The position numbers and the translations under genes were made by a program. The notes below the pieces were generated by a model. It was given only the letters and a program-made list of their open reading frames with translations. It had not been told where the DNA came from and searched no databases. Source: Hyaloraphidium curvatum SAG 235-1 (taxonomy: Eukaryota > Fungi > Monoblepharomycota). Taken from it: 64,000 bases of DNA. Location of the stretch: positions 248,001-312,000 of the forward strand of contig JAIVFI010000043.1 in assembly GCA_025558095.1 (NCBI GenBank), read 5' to 3'. Of the stretch, positions 36,370 to 46,907 are shown one piece after another; the stretch's first letter is position 1; every line of letters begins with the position of its first letter.

Positions 36370-38004
36370 TCACAAGCGCTCCCGATCGCCGTACGCCGGC
36401 AGACTCAGTATCCTCCGGTCATCCACTCCCGTCCCAAGCATGAAAGCATAGACAGTCTGAAACGCCCTCCCGGTAATCCCCACGGCGTCGTGAACGGCAT
36501 CATCGAAGAAGCAGCCAACTCCGGTCCCCCGCAACCCGAGGTTCTCCGCTTCCAGGTAAAGCACGTGTCCGAGCAATCCCGCTTCGATGTGGAGGGCGCG
36601 GTACGCGGAAGGAGATGCGGCGATCGGGCTCTCGAACTCGGCCAGCATCGCCACCGCGACCGCGCAATCCGCAGCGATTTCCTGGTGGCAGAACACCGTG
36701 CGCGCGAGCTGCGCGGTGGATGCCGCCGGGAGCGCGAGGAGGCGGTACAGGGGGATGTGCCGCGGGCACACGGCGACGGGCGACCACTCGAAGCCGGGGT
36801 CGAGCGACATGCGGAGGCGGGGCTCGATGCCTTTGCGGCGGGGGAGGCAGTAGATCCCCGGGGCGAGCCCGGTGACGCGGTGAACGAACAGGAGCAAGTG
36901 ATTCCGGGGCGGGGTTGTGATTATGTCCAAGGGAAAGATGCCAGGTGTGTCTCGGGGCAGCAGCGAGTCAAGAAGCCGGTAGAAAACGTCGGGCAACATC
37001 GAAGCATTCGGATTGAAATCTTGCGCGCTGCGCCTCTGCTTGATGATCTGTGGCATCTTGTGTTCGTTCCCCGCCAGCGGGACAAAGGGTACGCTCGGCG
37101 GCGTCGCAGCTCCGGGCGCCTGTGGAACCCCGGGACCCGGAAACCGCGTGGCGCGGGCAACCTCGTCGATGACTTCCCACTCGTAGAGCGGATTTGGGTC
37201 GAGCAAGGTAGGCTTGCCGAAGAACTGCGCGCCCGCTGTGAATGTGAGCCAATCCCAGTCCAAGGGTCCCTCGTGCGGCGACGAGGGGAAGACAACCTCG
37301 AGTAGCAGCTCCGGTTCTTCCCCTTCGACCCCGCTGTACTCTTCCCGATCGACGCCAAGCAGCTTCGCGAGCTGGACCGAAGGAACTTCGACGATCCGCA
37401 AGCCCCAGCGGAGCACCGCCGCCGCGTACCGGAGCGACCCGACGACATGCCCGAGATCGAGCAGGCAGTACCGAAACGCGCGTTCGCCGTACTTCCAAGC
37501 CTCTCTCCAATGGATCGACGTCAGACCGAGAGCGATGCGGGGCACGGCCGGTCCGCTTCTCGGTTGTTCCTTCCTCGCGCGAAGTTCCAGCGCGTGGTCG
37601 CGCGGCGAGTAGTGGTACAGCGCGTCCCCAAGCCCCGCGACCCCGGAGGCGAGTAGGTACGTCTCGGTCGGGTGCAGGTTGCCCGAAGAGGGCGCGCAGC
37701 GGAGCGACCAGGGCGGAATGTCGCCGTACTGCTTCCACGCGGAGATGCCGCACGCGAGCTCGAGCAGCGCGGCGACCGACGCGACGTCCGGCGCTGCGGG
37801 AACTCCGGAGCCCGCAGCCGGCAGCTTCGAGGACGCATCGTCGTCCAGCAGCGGCAGCAGCGCCCGTTCTCCGCCGAACGTCCGGAACGGGCTGGGCGCC
37901 GTGTTCCAGTCGACGGACTCGGGGCTTGCCGCGTACCCCTCCAGGCGGTGCTTCGTCCGCTCGTGGTAGCCTGCGACCACGCGCTGCGCCGTGGACGCGT
38001 CCAT
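36370..38004 (-). CDS. Two-domain nitroreductase, SagB/ThcOx-type FMN dehydrogenase family, intronless
   Basis: YHERTKH, DW..APSPFR, LRCAPSSGNLHPTETY, WREAWKYGERAFRYCLLDLGH, QRRSAQDF, CHQEIA and GTGVGCFFDD. Confidence 0.92.
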   Translation of the reverse strand: MDASTAQRVVAGYHERTKHRLEGYAASPESVDWNTAPSPFRTFGGERALLPLLDDDASSKLPAAGSGVPAAPDVASVAALLELACGISAWKQYGDIPPWSLRCAPSSGNLHPTETYLLASGVAGLGDALYHYSPRDHALELRARKEQPRSGPAVPRIALGLTSIHWREAWKYGERAFRYCLLDLGHVVGSLRYAAAVLRWGLRIVEVPSVQLAKLLGVDREEYSGVEGEEPELLLEVVFPSSPHEGPLDWDWLTFTAGAQFFGKPTLLDPNPLYEWEVIDEVARATRFPGPGVPQAPGAATPPSVPFVPLAGNEHKMPQIIKQRRSAQDFNPNASMLPDVFYRLLDSLLPRDTPGIFPLDIITTPPRNHLLLFVHRVTGLAPGIYCLPRRKGIEPRLRMSLDPGFEWSPVAVCPRHIPLYRLLALPAASTAQLARTVFCHQEIAADCAVAVAMLAEFESPIAASPSAYRALHIEAGLLGHVLYLEAENLGLRGTGVGCFFDDAVHDAVGITGRAFQTVYAFMLGTGVDDRRILSLPAYGDRERL

Positions 38005-38251
38005 CGGAGTCGGATTCGCGCGAAGAGGGATGTCAACGGTCAACGCGTCAATTGCGGTGCGTCAAGGTGTCTCCCGCGCTCCGACCTAAAGCATGAAGCC
38101 CGCAAGAACGCCCTCATATTGGCTTTTCGAACCTGTACTCTTTTCCCGATTACATCAGCTACCGTTTCGTTCCTCTTTTGCGGTCCGTCCGATCGCGCCG
38201 GCTTGCTGGAGCCGCCTGCTGCCGTCGATCGCACCGCAGACCACGGAATGC

Positions 38252-38310
38252 GCGGTCCGTCCGGACGCACGGCAGGCGGTCCGTCCGGACGCACGGCAGG
38301 CGGCCCGTCC
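38252..38310. repeat. Tandem repeat, 24-bp unit GCGGTCCGTCCGGACGCACGGCAG, about 2.4 copies
   Basis: Two exact copies at 38252-38275 and 38276-38299, plus a partial third. Confidence 0.9.
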
Positions 38311-39597
38311 TGTGAGCTTGCTCCAGAAGAGACTGTGGCGTCGTTCCGATCGGGAGCGCAGAGCCTTGCCAGGGTCGGGTGGCGGCACGCGATCGCGCCG
38401 CCGGCCCGCACGTCCGCGCTCCCTCCCGTCCCGTCCGTGCGCCCGAAATCGCCAGAGCAGAGTGCGATCCGCTCACGGGTCTCAACGGGACGCGCTGCGC
38501 TGGGCTACAAAGGGCCCAGAGCACCGACCAGCAGCGAGGCCCGTGCGCGTCCGTGCGTCCGCTGAGGTGGATGATGCTCGCATCCGGCGCGAGCATGCAG
38601 CAAATCACGACCATCCGACAAGAGTCGCCGGTCGGGAGGCCGATCGGTCGCGCCGGCGCGGAGCCCAGGCTTGCCGATCTCCGGATGATCGCAGGCGTGG
38701 GTGGCGCGCTCGGAGGCGCGAAAGTCCGTCCGCGGGCGGTACCCGCAAGCTTCCCACGCATGATGTCCCGGATCATGCGCGGCCGGTCCAATCGCCCGCG
38801 TGCGGAGCTCGCTGCCCGAAGTGGGGCATCCGTCTGGGGCGACTTGTGGCAAGATCTTCTACGCCGACCGCATTAGAGCACGCCGTGCTCCGATACGATC
38901 GGCGATATTCGCGGGAGCCGCGCCGGATTGGCCCGTGCATGGCGTCGTCCGTCCGCGGCGCGGGTTCATCGTGGAAATCAGGGAAGCCACATCCGTCAGG
39001 GGTGCGGCATCGCGTCCCTGCAGCATCCGCGCCGGCGGTCCGCGTACATGAGATTGGAGTCGCGAGGAAGATGGCGAGGGAGCGCAGGTAGAGCGGGGCG
39101 ACGGCATGGACTGCTCGGAGTGCAGCACCTGCAAGGGCGCTACCCCGTCCGGCTGTTCGGGCCGTCGCCCGGCCAACCGTGCCCCGTCCGATGTCCCATC
39201 CTCGAAAGATTGCAGATGAAGTCCGTCCGTGCTGGCCGACGGTCCCATAGGCAGACTTGAGGAGGTGACCTGGCGGTGAGCGGGGCGTCCGGCCGCGGCT
39301 GGGGCGACGAATGAGCCGGAGCCGGTCCTCGATGCCACCGCCAGCGGCATCGGGGTCGCCGCTCCAGCTTCATTCGAGGTTCTGCAGGCCGGGGCGTGTC
39401 GTGACCGTGTGATGGGAGGGATGTGTGAGTCAGGTGCTCGGGAGGGGTCCGCCGCCAGAGAGCGCACCATCCTGCGGCCCACGGCATTGCGACCAGCGGC
39501 GCCCGGCATGGCGTGCGGACGCTAGAACGGGCTTCATAGACTTCTAGCAGCCCTTTAGGAGGGGACCGGCGCGGGGCAGCGCAGCCCATTGCCCGCC

Positions 39598-42500
39598 ATG
39601 CTCATCCGGCCGCTGCCGCTCGCGCTGCTGCCGCCTTTGCCGGTGTTCGCGCGGGGGCCGCCTCCGCCCGCGGGCGCGCTGCAGCGGCACCTCGTCGTGG
39701 TGCGCCGCCCGCCGCGGTCGCTGTGGGAGCGCATCGGCGACGCGGTCGGCGGGCTGTACGAGCCGGCCGCGCGGCTGCCGACCGAGTTCGACTGGCGCGT
39801 GGTGCTCGCGCAGAGGCCCGAGTGGGTGGCCGGCGCGCCGCCCGGCGCCCCGCCGCTGGAGGGCTGGGTGCTCGCGCTGGCGGACTCGGAGGCCGAGGCC
39901 GCCAGGGACTGGGACGCGCTGGCGGGCATGCTGGGCGGCGGCCCCGGCGGCTACGCGGACGCGCTGGAGCGGCTCGAGGGCGCAATGCGGCCGGCAAGCG
40001 AGCCGAGCAGTCCGGGCGGGCCGGGCAGGGGGTTGTCTGCCGCCGCGGGATCGGGCGGCGACCCCGTGGGCGACCGCGCGCCGCTGCTGCGGGGCGAGGC
40101 CGTGCTGCTCAGTGGGTGTCGACGGCTCTGCCCTTCCTGACCCCTTGTGAGGCTAACGCGCTCCTCCGTTCTCCCTTTCCGTTCGTGTTAGACCAACCGG
40201 CGACCCTCCACGCGACGGGCAACGCCCCCGCACCCGGCCACCTCGTCCTCACCCCCCGCCACGTCGCCTTCCTCCCCTCGGCGCCCGCCCAGCCGCCCAT
40301 CACCGCGACCTACAACCGCGTTACCGAGGTCCGCGAGTCGCAGACCGCCGAGCTCGGCATGACCCTGCCCTCGCTGACCGTGCAGTTTGACGGCGGCGAC
40401 ATGGTCCTCACCCTCGCCAACCGCAAGCGCATCGGCGCGCTGCTCGCGGAGCTCGTCGCGCGGCCGCCCGAGCCGGCACCCCCCGCGGCACGCGCAGCCC
40501 TGCGCGCCCTGGTAAAGGCGGGCTCGGCCGACTCGGTGTGGTCGGCCGCCGAGGGCTCGCCGGCGACGCCGCTCACCCCCACGGGCCCCGCGGGCCCTCT
40601 CGGGGGCGATTCGGTGCTGCTCCTCTCCCCGACTTTGCCGACGACGGCCCTTCCGAACCTCGAGCACGCTTTGCTCGCGCGCCGCTTTCGGCACCTCTTC
40701 CGCCTCCCTCCCCCCGAGGCCCCCGCGGCCCACGTGCCCGCCACCTTCTGGCACCTCTCCAAACCCCACCCGGGGCGCCTCTTTGCCTCGCAGAACCACG
40801 CGTGCTTCGCCTCCCCCGACCCCTTCTCCCCCGCCCTGCCCGACCCCGAGGTGCAGTTCGCCGTGCCGCTCCACCTGCTCACCCAGATCTCCCTCCCCGC
40901 CGCCTCCCGCCCCCCGGGGGCACCCATCACCTCGGCCATCACCTCCTCCTTCATGTGCCTCCACGCGCGCGGGCACCGCCGCCTCTGGCTCGAGTTCACC
41001 TCGTCCGATTCGCGCGGCGAGATGGAGCGCGCCCTGCGCACCGCCATGCGCGCCTCCGACCCCCGCGCCGAGCGCCGCACCGTCGCCGCCTCCGGAGGCG
41101 GCGACCCCCGCGCGCTCGCGCGGCTGGAGGAAGCCGGCGACGCCGAGTCCGCGGGCTCGCACGCGGACGACTCCCGCTCCGACGCCGACTCGGCCTCGGC
41201 GCTGTCGGACCTCTCCCGCATGGGGGACCAGGACGCGCGCAGGAGGGTGATGCGCGAGGTGCTGGACGTCGACCCCATGCGGCCCGAACCGCGCCGGCCC
41301 TCCGAGACCGTCCCCGTCGGCCTGCGGTACCTGTTCCCCCCCTCCCCGTCGCCGCACCCCGTTCCGGGGGAGGGGGAACCGCTGCAGGCCCACGCGGAGC
41401 AGAAGCGCGAGGTGGACCGGCAGCGCGCGTGGCTCGCGCACCTGGAGAAGCACGGCCGCGACGCCGCGGCCGTGCTGGACCTCCCCGCGCTGCGGAGGCT
41501 GCTCCTGGACACGGGGGGAATACCCGCCGCGTACAGGCCGGGCATGTGGATGCTCCTCGCGGGCGGGTTCCACGCGCCGCCTCCCAAGGGGGAGTACGCG
41601 GCCTTGGTGGCGGCGCTGGAGGGGTGGTCGGACCCCGCCCTGGGGGAGATCGAGAAGGACGTGAGGCGGAGCCATCCGGACCACCCCGGGTTCCGGTCGC
41701 GCGCGGGGGTGGATGCGCTCAGGAGGGTGCTGGGCGCGTACGCGGCGAGGAACCCGGGGGTGGGGTACGCGCAGGCGATGAATTTGGTGGCGGGGGGCGT
41801 GCTGAGCGAGTGCGCCGAGGAGGACGGGTGGTGGTTGCTCTGTGGGTGTCTCGCGCGCCGCCGTCCGCTGATCCATGCAGCTGACCGAGTTTGGCCTTGG
41901 TACCCACAGGCCTGCTGGTGGAGCGCCTGATGCCCGAGCACTACACCCCCACCATGCACGGCCCGCAGATCGACGCCCTCCTCTTCCCCTCGTTGGTCGC
42001 GCAGCACCTCCCCCCCCTCGCCGCGCACTTTTCCCGCATCGGGTTCGACCCCTCGCTCCTCGCGACCCCGTGGTTCCTCTCGCTGTTCCTGTCGGCGGTG
42101 CCGCTGGACGCGGGGATCAGGGTGCTCGACGCCTTCTTCCTCGACGGGCCCGCGGCGCTGTACTGGCTCGGGCTGGCGGTGATGCGCGAGATGGAGGGGG
42201 AGCTGCTCGCCGAGGGGGACTGGGGGAGGTCGGTGGAGAGGGTGAGGGCGTACCTGGCCGGGGTCGGGGAGCCCGAACCGGAACGGGCGGGGCCGGACGG
42301 GGTGCCGGCCCCCGCCGCGCCCGCCGGGCCGCCAAAGACGCGGCTGGACGCGCTGCTCCGCACCGCGTACTCGTTCGCGCCGCAGCTCCCCAGTTCGGCG
42401 CTCGACGCCCAGCGGCTGCGGCACCGCCTGGCCGTGCTGCACCGCTCGCGCGAGCAGGCGCGGCGCACGCTGGTGCGGGACCTCGCGGACGCGTCGCAGC

Positions 42501-43399
42501 TCTCGCAGGCCGAGATCGCGCTCGTCTTGGACGCGCTCGGGTCGCCCGGGGACGCCGGGTACGCGCCCGAGAGGGGGCGGAGGGTGCCCGAGGCGCTGGT
42601 CGCGGGCGGGCTGTGGGGCACCGCGCGGCTCTCTGCGCTCGACCGCGCGGGGAGGGGCGGGGTGCCGCTGGACGGGTTCAGGGCGGTCGCGAGGCGCGGG
42701 GTGCCGTGGTGCGCGGGCAAGGCCAAGAAGGGGGAGCTCCCGCTCGAGGACCGCATGTGGTACTTTGCCATCTTTGGCGGGCCGGGGGAGGCGGCGCAGG
42801 GGGACCGGGTGACGCCGGCGGCGGTGGTGGGGATGCTGGACATCGTTCTGCGCGGGGCGGCAAAGGAACGGCTGAGGCTGCTGTTCGACCTGCACGACCT
42901 CGACGGGGACGGGTACCTGGACCGGCGCGACCTCAGGGATCTGATGGAGGCGCTGCTGGCCGTCGCGGCGCGGTCGGGGGACGACGGGGACGGGGATGCG
43001 GAGGACGGGTACATGCGCGCGACGTCGGGGTTCCTGCATGCGGCGATCCGCGCGGGGATGCGCGGCGGTGGGGGAGGGAGCGATTCGACCGTCGTGCAGG
43101 GCGACCCGTCGGAGCCGCCGGCCGAGGACGGGGCGACGGAGGACGGGGCGGACGGGGAGGGCAGCGCGCGGTCGCCGAGCCCGACGCCGTCGGCGTCGGT
43201 GTCGGTGGCCAACCCCGGGCGGGGCGGCGAGTTCGACCAGGGGTTCCAGCTGGGCTTCAGCGAGTTCGTGCTGGCGGTCATGGCGCAGCCGGCGTTTGCC
43301 GACTTTTTCGCGCGGGGGTGGGGTTTGGTGGCGGGGAAGGACGGGGGACTGCTGCTGCAGGAGCGGGCGCAGGGTGGGGCGCGGACGACGGTGATGTGA
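39598..43399 (+). CDS. TBC1D8/TBC1D9/Gyp2-like Rab GTPase-activating protein (GRAM domains, TBC domain, EF-hand); 2 introns
   Basis: GRAM-like FRHLFRLPP..GRLFASQNHACFAS, TBC fingers IEKDVRRS and GYAQAMN, ERLMPEHY, WFLSLF, and EF-hand FDLHDLDGDGYLDRRDL. Confidence 0.9.
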
Positions 43400-43565
43400 T
43401 GGGGTTTGGGCGGCGGCGGGGCGTTGCGGCTGTGGACATGATGTTCTCAGCACGTGAACTCAGTTGGTCTGCGAAGCCGGAGCCCGTCCATGCCACGGGA
43501 CCGATGAGTTGGCGGCGTTCGATCGCGATCGAGTGCGTCAGTTCGAAGTCGGGGCGCGACCGGCC

Positions 43566-45092
43566 ATGAGCCGCCGCGGGCCCGTGCGGCTCGTGTGGGC
43601 GTCTGCGGCGGCGCTCCTTGCGCTCCTCTTCCTGTGGCCGCGGACGGAGCGGCTGGCGGGGCGTGTGCCGGTCGGGGACGGGGGGAGCCGAAGGGCGGCG
43701 GGCGACCGGACACTGCCGCCGCCGGCCCCGCCGCCACCGGCTGCAGCGGGCCAATCTCGCGCCGACGCGTCTCAGCGGACAGCGGGCGAGGTGCCGGCGG
43801 GGAGTGCAGGAGGCGGGGGCGCGGCGGGCGACGGCGGCGCCCTCTCTGCCGACGTCACCGACCGGCTGCCGCGGATGCCGCTGCGTTCCATGCGGCTGCT
43901 GCGGTTCCGCCGCGCGTGCTTCGCCGTGCCCGACGAGTTCCACGCCGCGCCAAAGGGCGGCGCGTTCCTCGCCGACGCGGACGCGCCCGGCGCAAAGGCC
44001 GCCGCGGACAGGCTGGCGGCCGCGCTCATGGTCAGGCCGGCGCCGCCCGCCGTGGTCGCCGCCGTCGCGAACCGCTCGTGGCACCGCGGCACCACGCTGC
44101 TGCCGCACTGCCTCTTCCCGGACTCGCCAAACCTGTCGCACCTCATGTTTGCCGGCGCCGCCGCGGTCGCCCTCGGCCAGCGCCCGCCCGACCCGCCGCT
44201 GAAGCCGTTCGACCGCCTGGCCTTCAGCTGGTGCCCGGCTTACCACCGCTGGCCCGATTGGCTGCTCGGCAGGCGGCTGACGGAGATCGCGTTCCGGGAC
44301 TGGGAGGCCAAGGGCCTGCTGAGCGTGCCCCTCGCCGACGCGATCCAGGTCCCGCGCGGCATCTCGTGCTTCGACGAGCTCTACGTCCTCACGGGCCTCT
44401 GGGGCGCCATGCTGGATCCGCGCGACGACGCGTGGTTCCGCGAAGCCCTGGCGCGGACCGAGCCCGAGCTCGAGGGCACCCTCCTCCCCGACCAAAAGGC
44501 CCCCGCCCGCGCGCTCGCCGAACGATGCCGCTCGCGCTCCCTCCGCATCGCGTTCTGGCGGCGCACCGCGGGCTGGAACCCGCGCGCCATCTCCAACATG
44601 CCCGCGCTTCTGGCCGCCGTCGCCGAACGCACCTCGCACCCGGTGTTCGACGTGACCGCCAACGTCTCCCTCCCGGTCGCCGACCACATCCGCGTGTTTG
44701 CCTCGTTCGACGTGCTGGTGGCACCCACCGGCAGCCACCTCACCGGCTTCGTCCTGGCACCCTCCAAGCCTCTGACGGGGATCGTCGAGGTCGGCATCGC
44801 CGTGCGCGAGGTGTTCTGGAAGGAAGGCGCCGAGCGCCTCGGCGCCGCCTACGCCGTCTCCACCGGCCACGCACCCACCGACCCCGCCGTCGCCGACAAG
44901 GTCGCCAAAAGGTGCAGGTGGGCGGCGTTCGCGCCCAACCCCGGCCCGGCGCTCTTCTGCCCCGAGGGGGACGACGCGCTCCGCCTGACCGAGGGGGACT
45001 TTGTCGCCAACGCGACGGCGTTCGGGGAGCATCTGGATTGGACGGTGGGGAGGGTGTGCAGGAGGGCGGAGCACTTTGCGGGGCGGGGGTAG
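43566..45092 (+). CDS. Type II membrane protein, glycosyltransferase family 61-like, intronless
   Basis: N-terminal signal anchor (LVWASAAALLALLFLW), Pro/Ala stem, NLSH, RAISN, and FASFDVLVAPTGSHLT..GIVEV resembling the GT61 D-V-L-V-G-x-HGAGLTN..VVE motif. Confidence 0.65.
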   Translation: MSRRGPVRLVWASAAALLALLFLWPRTERLAGRVPVGDGGSRRAAGDRTLPPPAPPPPAAAGQSRADASQRTAGEVPAGSAGGGGAAGDGGALSADVTDRLPRMPLRSMRLLRFRRACFAVPDEFHAAPKGGAFLADADAPGAKAAADRLAAALMVRPAPPAVVAAVANRSWHRGTTLLPHCLFPDSPNLSHLMFAGAAAVALGQRPPDPPLKPFDRLAFSWCPAYHRWPDWLLGRRLTEIAFRDWEAKGLLSVPLADAIQVPRGISCFDELYVLTGLWGAMLDPRDDAWFREALARTEPELEGTLLPDQKAPARALAERCRSRSLRIAFWRRTAGWNPRAISNMPALLAAVAERTSHPVFDVTANVSLPVADHIRVFASFDVLVAPTGSHLTGFVLAPSKPLTGIVEVGIAVREVFWKEGAERLGAAYAVSTGHAPTDPAVADKVAKRCRWAAFAPNPGPALFCPEGDDALRLTEGDFVANATAFGEHLDWTVGRVCRRAEHFAGRG

Positions 45093-45504
45093 GGGGGTGG
45101 TGGGCTGCGGGCATGGTGGGGTGGATGCGCGGGCGGGGCGGGTAGCCGGGCACGGGGAAGCGGCTGGAAGTGGTCTGTGGACATGGTGGCATGGAGTTTG
45201 CGTTGAACATGATGCTTTCCCGCTTGCGATCCGTGGCCGACGATCGTTCGGAGTTTTGATCCTGGCGCAGGACCCTGGTGGACCCCGCGCAACGCCGTCG
45301 TCGGACCCCATCGCACGCACCTGTCGGCACTGACATCTTTTCCGGCCAACGAAGGGCGACAACCGCCACCACATCGCCGTTCCCTGCCTCCCGGACTCTC
45401 CGCCGCCGCGCTCCCGAGCCCGCCCTCCCGCGCCCGCACCCCCGCGAAGCCGCCGCCGCCGCGCTCCACTCAGCACCCCGGCAGCGAATTAATTGCCCGC
45501 GGCC

Positions 45505-46696
45505 ATGGCGTTCGCCAAGCTCCTGAACAACCTGACGTCGTCTATCGGCGGCAACGACCCGCAGTTCGCGGCCAAGCCGTTCGCCAGCATGGCCGAGATG
45601 GTGCGCCGTCTTTCGCCGCGGAGGCCAGGTGCGGGTGCTGACGGCCGTTCGGCGGGGCAGGGCGTCGACGTGAACAAGCCGTACAACAAGAACTGCTTCC
45701 TGCTGGCGCACAACGCCCACGCGAGCAAGGCCAGTGGGTACTCTTCGTGGCGGGGCCGTCTTCCGTCTCCTGACCGTGATCCTTTCCAAGACGGGTTCGT
45801 CTACTTCCAGCAGGAGCTCTCGGTCAAGGGTCTCCTCGATTTCGGCGTCCGCGGCCTCAACGTCGACCTCCGCGAGGAGGGCGGCAAGATCCTGCAGGTC
45901 CACGGCTCCGTCAACGAGACCCGCGCGCAGATGGCCGGCGGCGAACCGCTCCCCGCCGTCCAGTTCGCCCGCGAGGTGGCCGAGTGGCTGCAGGCCCACC
46001 CCACCGAGGTCGTCCTGGTGCTGCTCGAGTCTTACGTGCCCAACAAGGAGGCGCTGCCGCCCGTGCTGAACGAGTCGGGGCTGGCGCCGCTGGTGTTCTA
46101 CGCCGACGGGAGGGACGGCGGGTGGAACGTCGAGCAGCAGGGCTGGCCGACGGTGAAGCAGCTCGTGGACACGGGGAAGCGGTGCGTGATCCTCACCGGC
46201 GCCAAGGAGGACGGGTGGGTGGCGTGCCCCGGCTCGCCGACCGGACGGGGCGCTGATCCGCCGTGGAAAGCCTCCCGTACGAGTACTGGTACGCGTGCGA
46301 GAACAACTTCGGCAACAAGTCGCTGGATCCCAACACCTGGGCCGAGTCGCGCTGGGAGACGGCGCCGCTGGCGGGGGGGAACTTCCTCTTCATCTGCAAC
46401 CGGTTCCCGGACGCCGACGCGACCCCGCTCGGTGGGTGGACCGTCCGCCACGATCGGAGGCACTTTCTCACCCGCCGCAACCCGCAGAGAACGTCCACCG
46501 CAACGGTGCGAAGCGGAACGACTCCAACGCCGTGTTCGACATGGCCGTCGACATTAGCAAGAAGCTCGAGGCCAAGGGCATTCCCAACCGCTTTCCCAAC
46601 TTCCTGAACGTGGACATGTTGAACCACGGCACCAACGGCGGCGTGGGGGAGGCGGTGCGGAGGATCAACACCGAGCTGTGGTCCAAGGTCGCCTAA
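45505..46696 (+). CDS. PI-PLC X-domain-like phosphodiesterase (PLC-like TIM barrel); 4 introns
   Basis: LAHNAHA, Q..SV..LLDFGVRGLNVDL, VHG, WLQAHPTEVVLVLLESY, WPTV.QL, and PNFLNVD. Confidence 0.85.
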
Positions 46697-46907
46697 GCTG
46701 GATGCAGGAGGCGGCGGTCGAAAAAAGAGGGCTTCATTATCTATGGCTGGCATCTGCGTCAATTACATACATTGATCGATGGCCTCTGCTTTACGGCCTT
46801 TGAGAGTCTTTCGCTCATCCCTGGGCTCATCTTTGGGCTAATCTTGCGGCACCGTTGTGACCGGCGGGAGAACTGGACCAAAGTCTTCCGCGCCGTTCAC
46901 GCCCAGC

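Noticed and set aside
36370-36385. Nitroreductase C-terminal -ERL as a PTS1
   Set aside because: Glu at position -3 does not fit the PTS1 consensus.
40310-45476. Very long antisense ORFs (1047 aa at 40310-43453, 732 aa at 43278-45476) and many similar ones across the window
   Set aside because: These are shadow ORFs of very GC-rich coding sequence. They are Arg/Pro/Gly-rich with no motifs and lie opposite well-supported genes.
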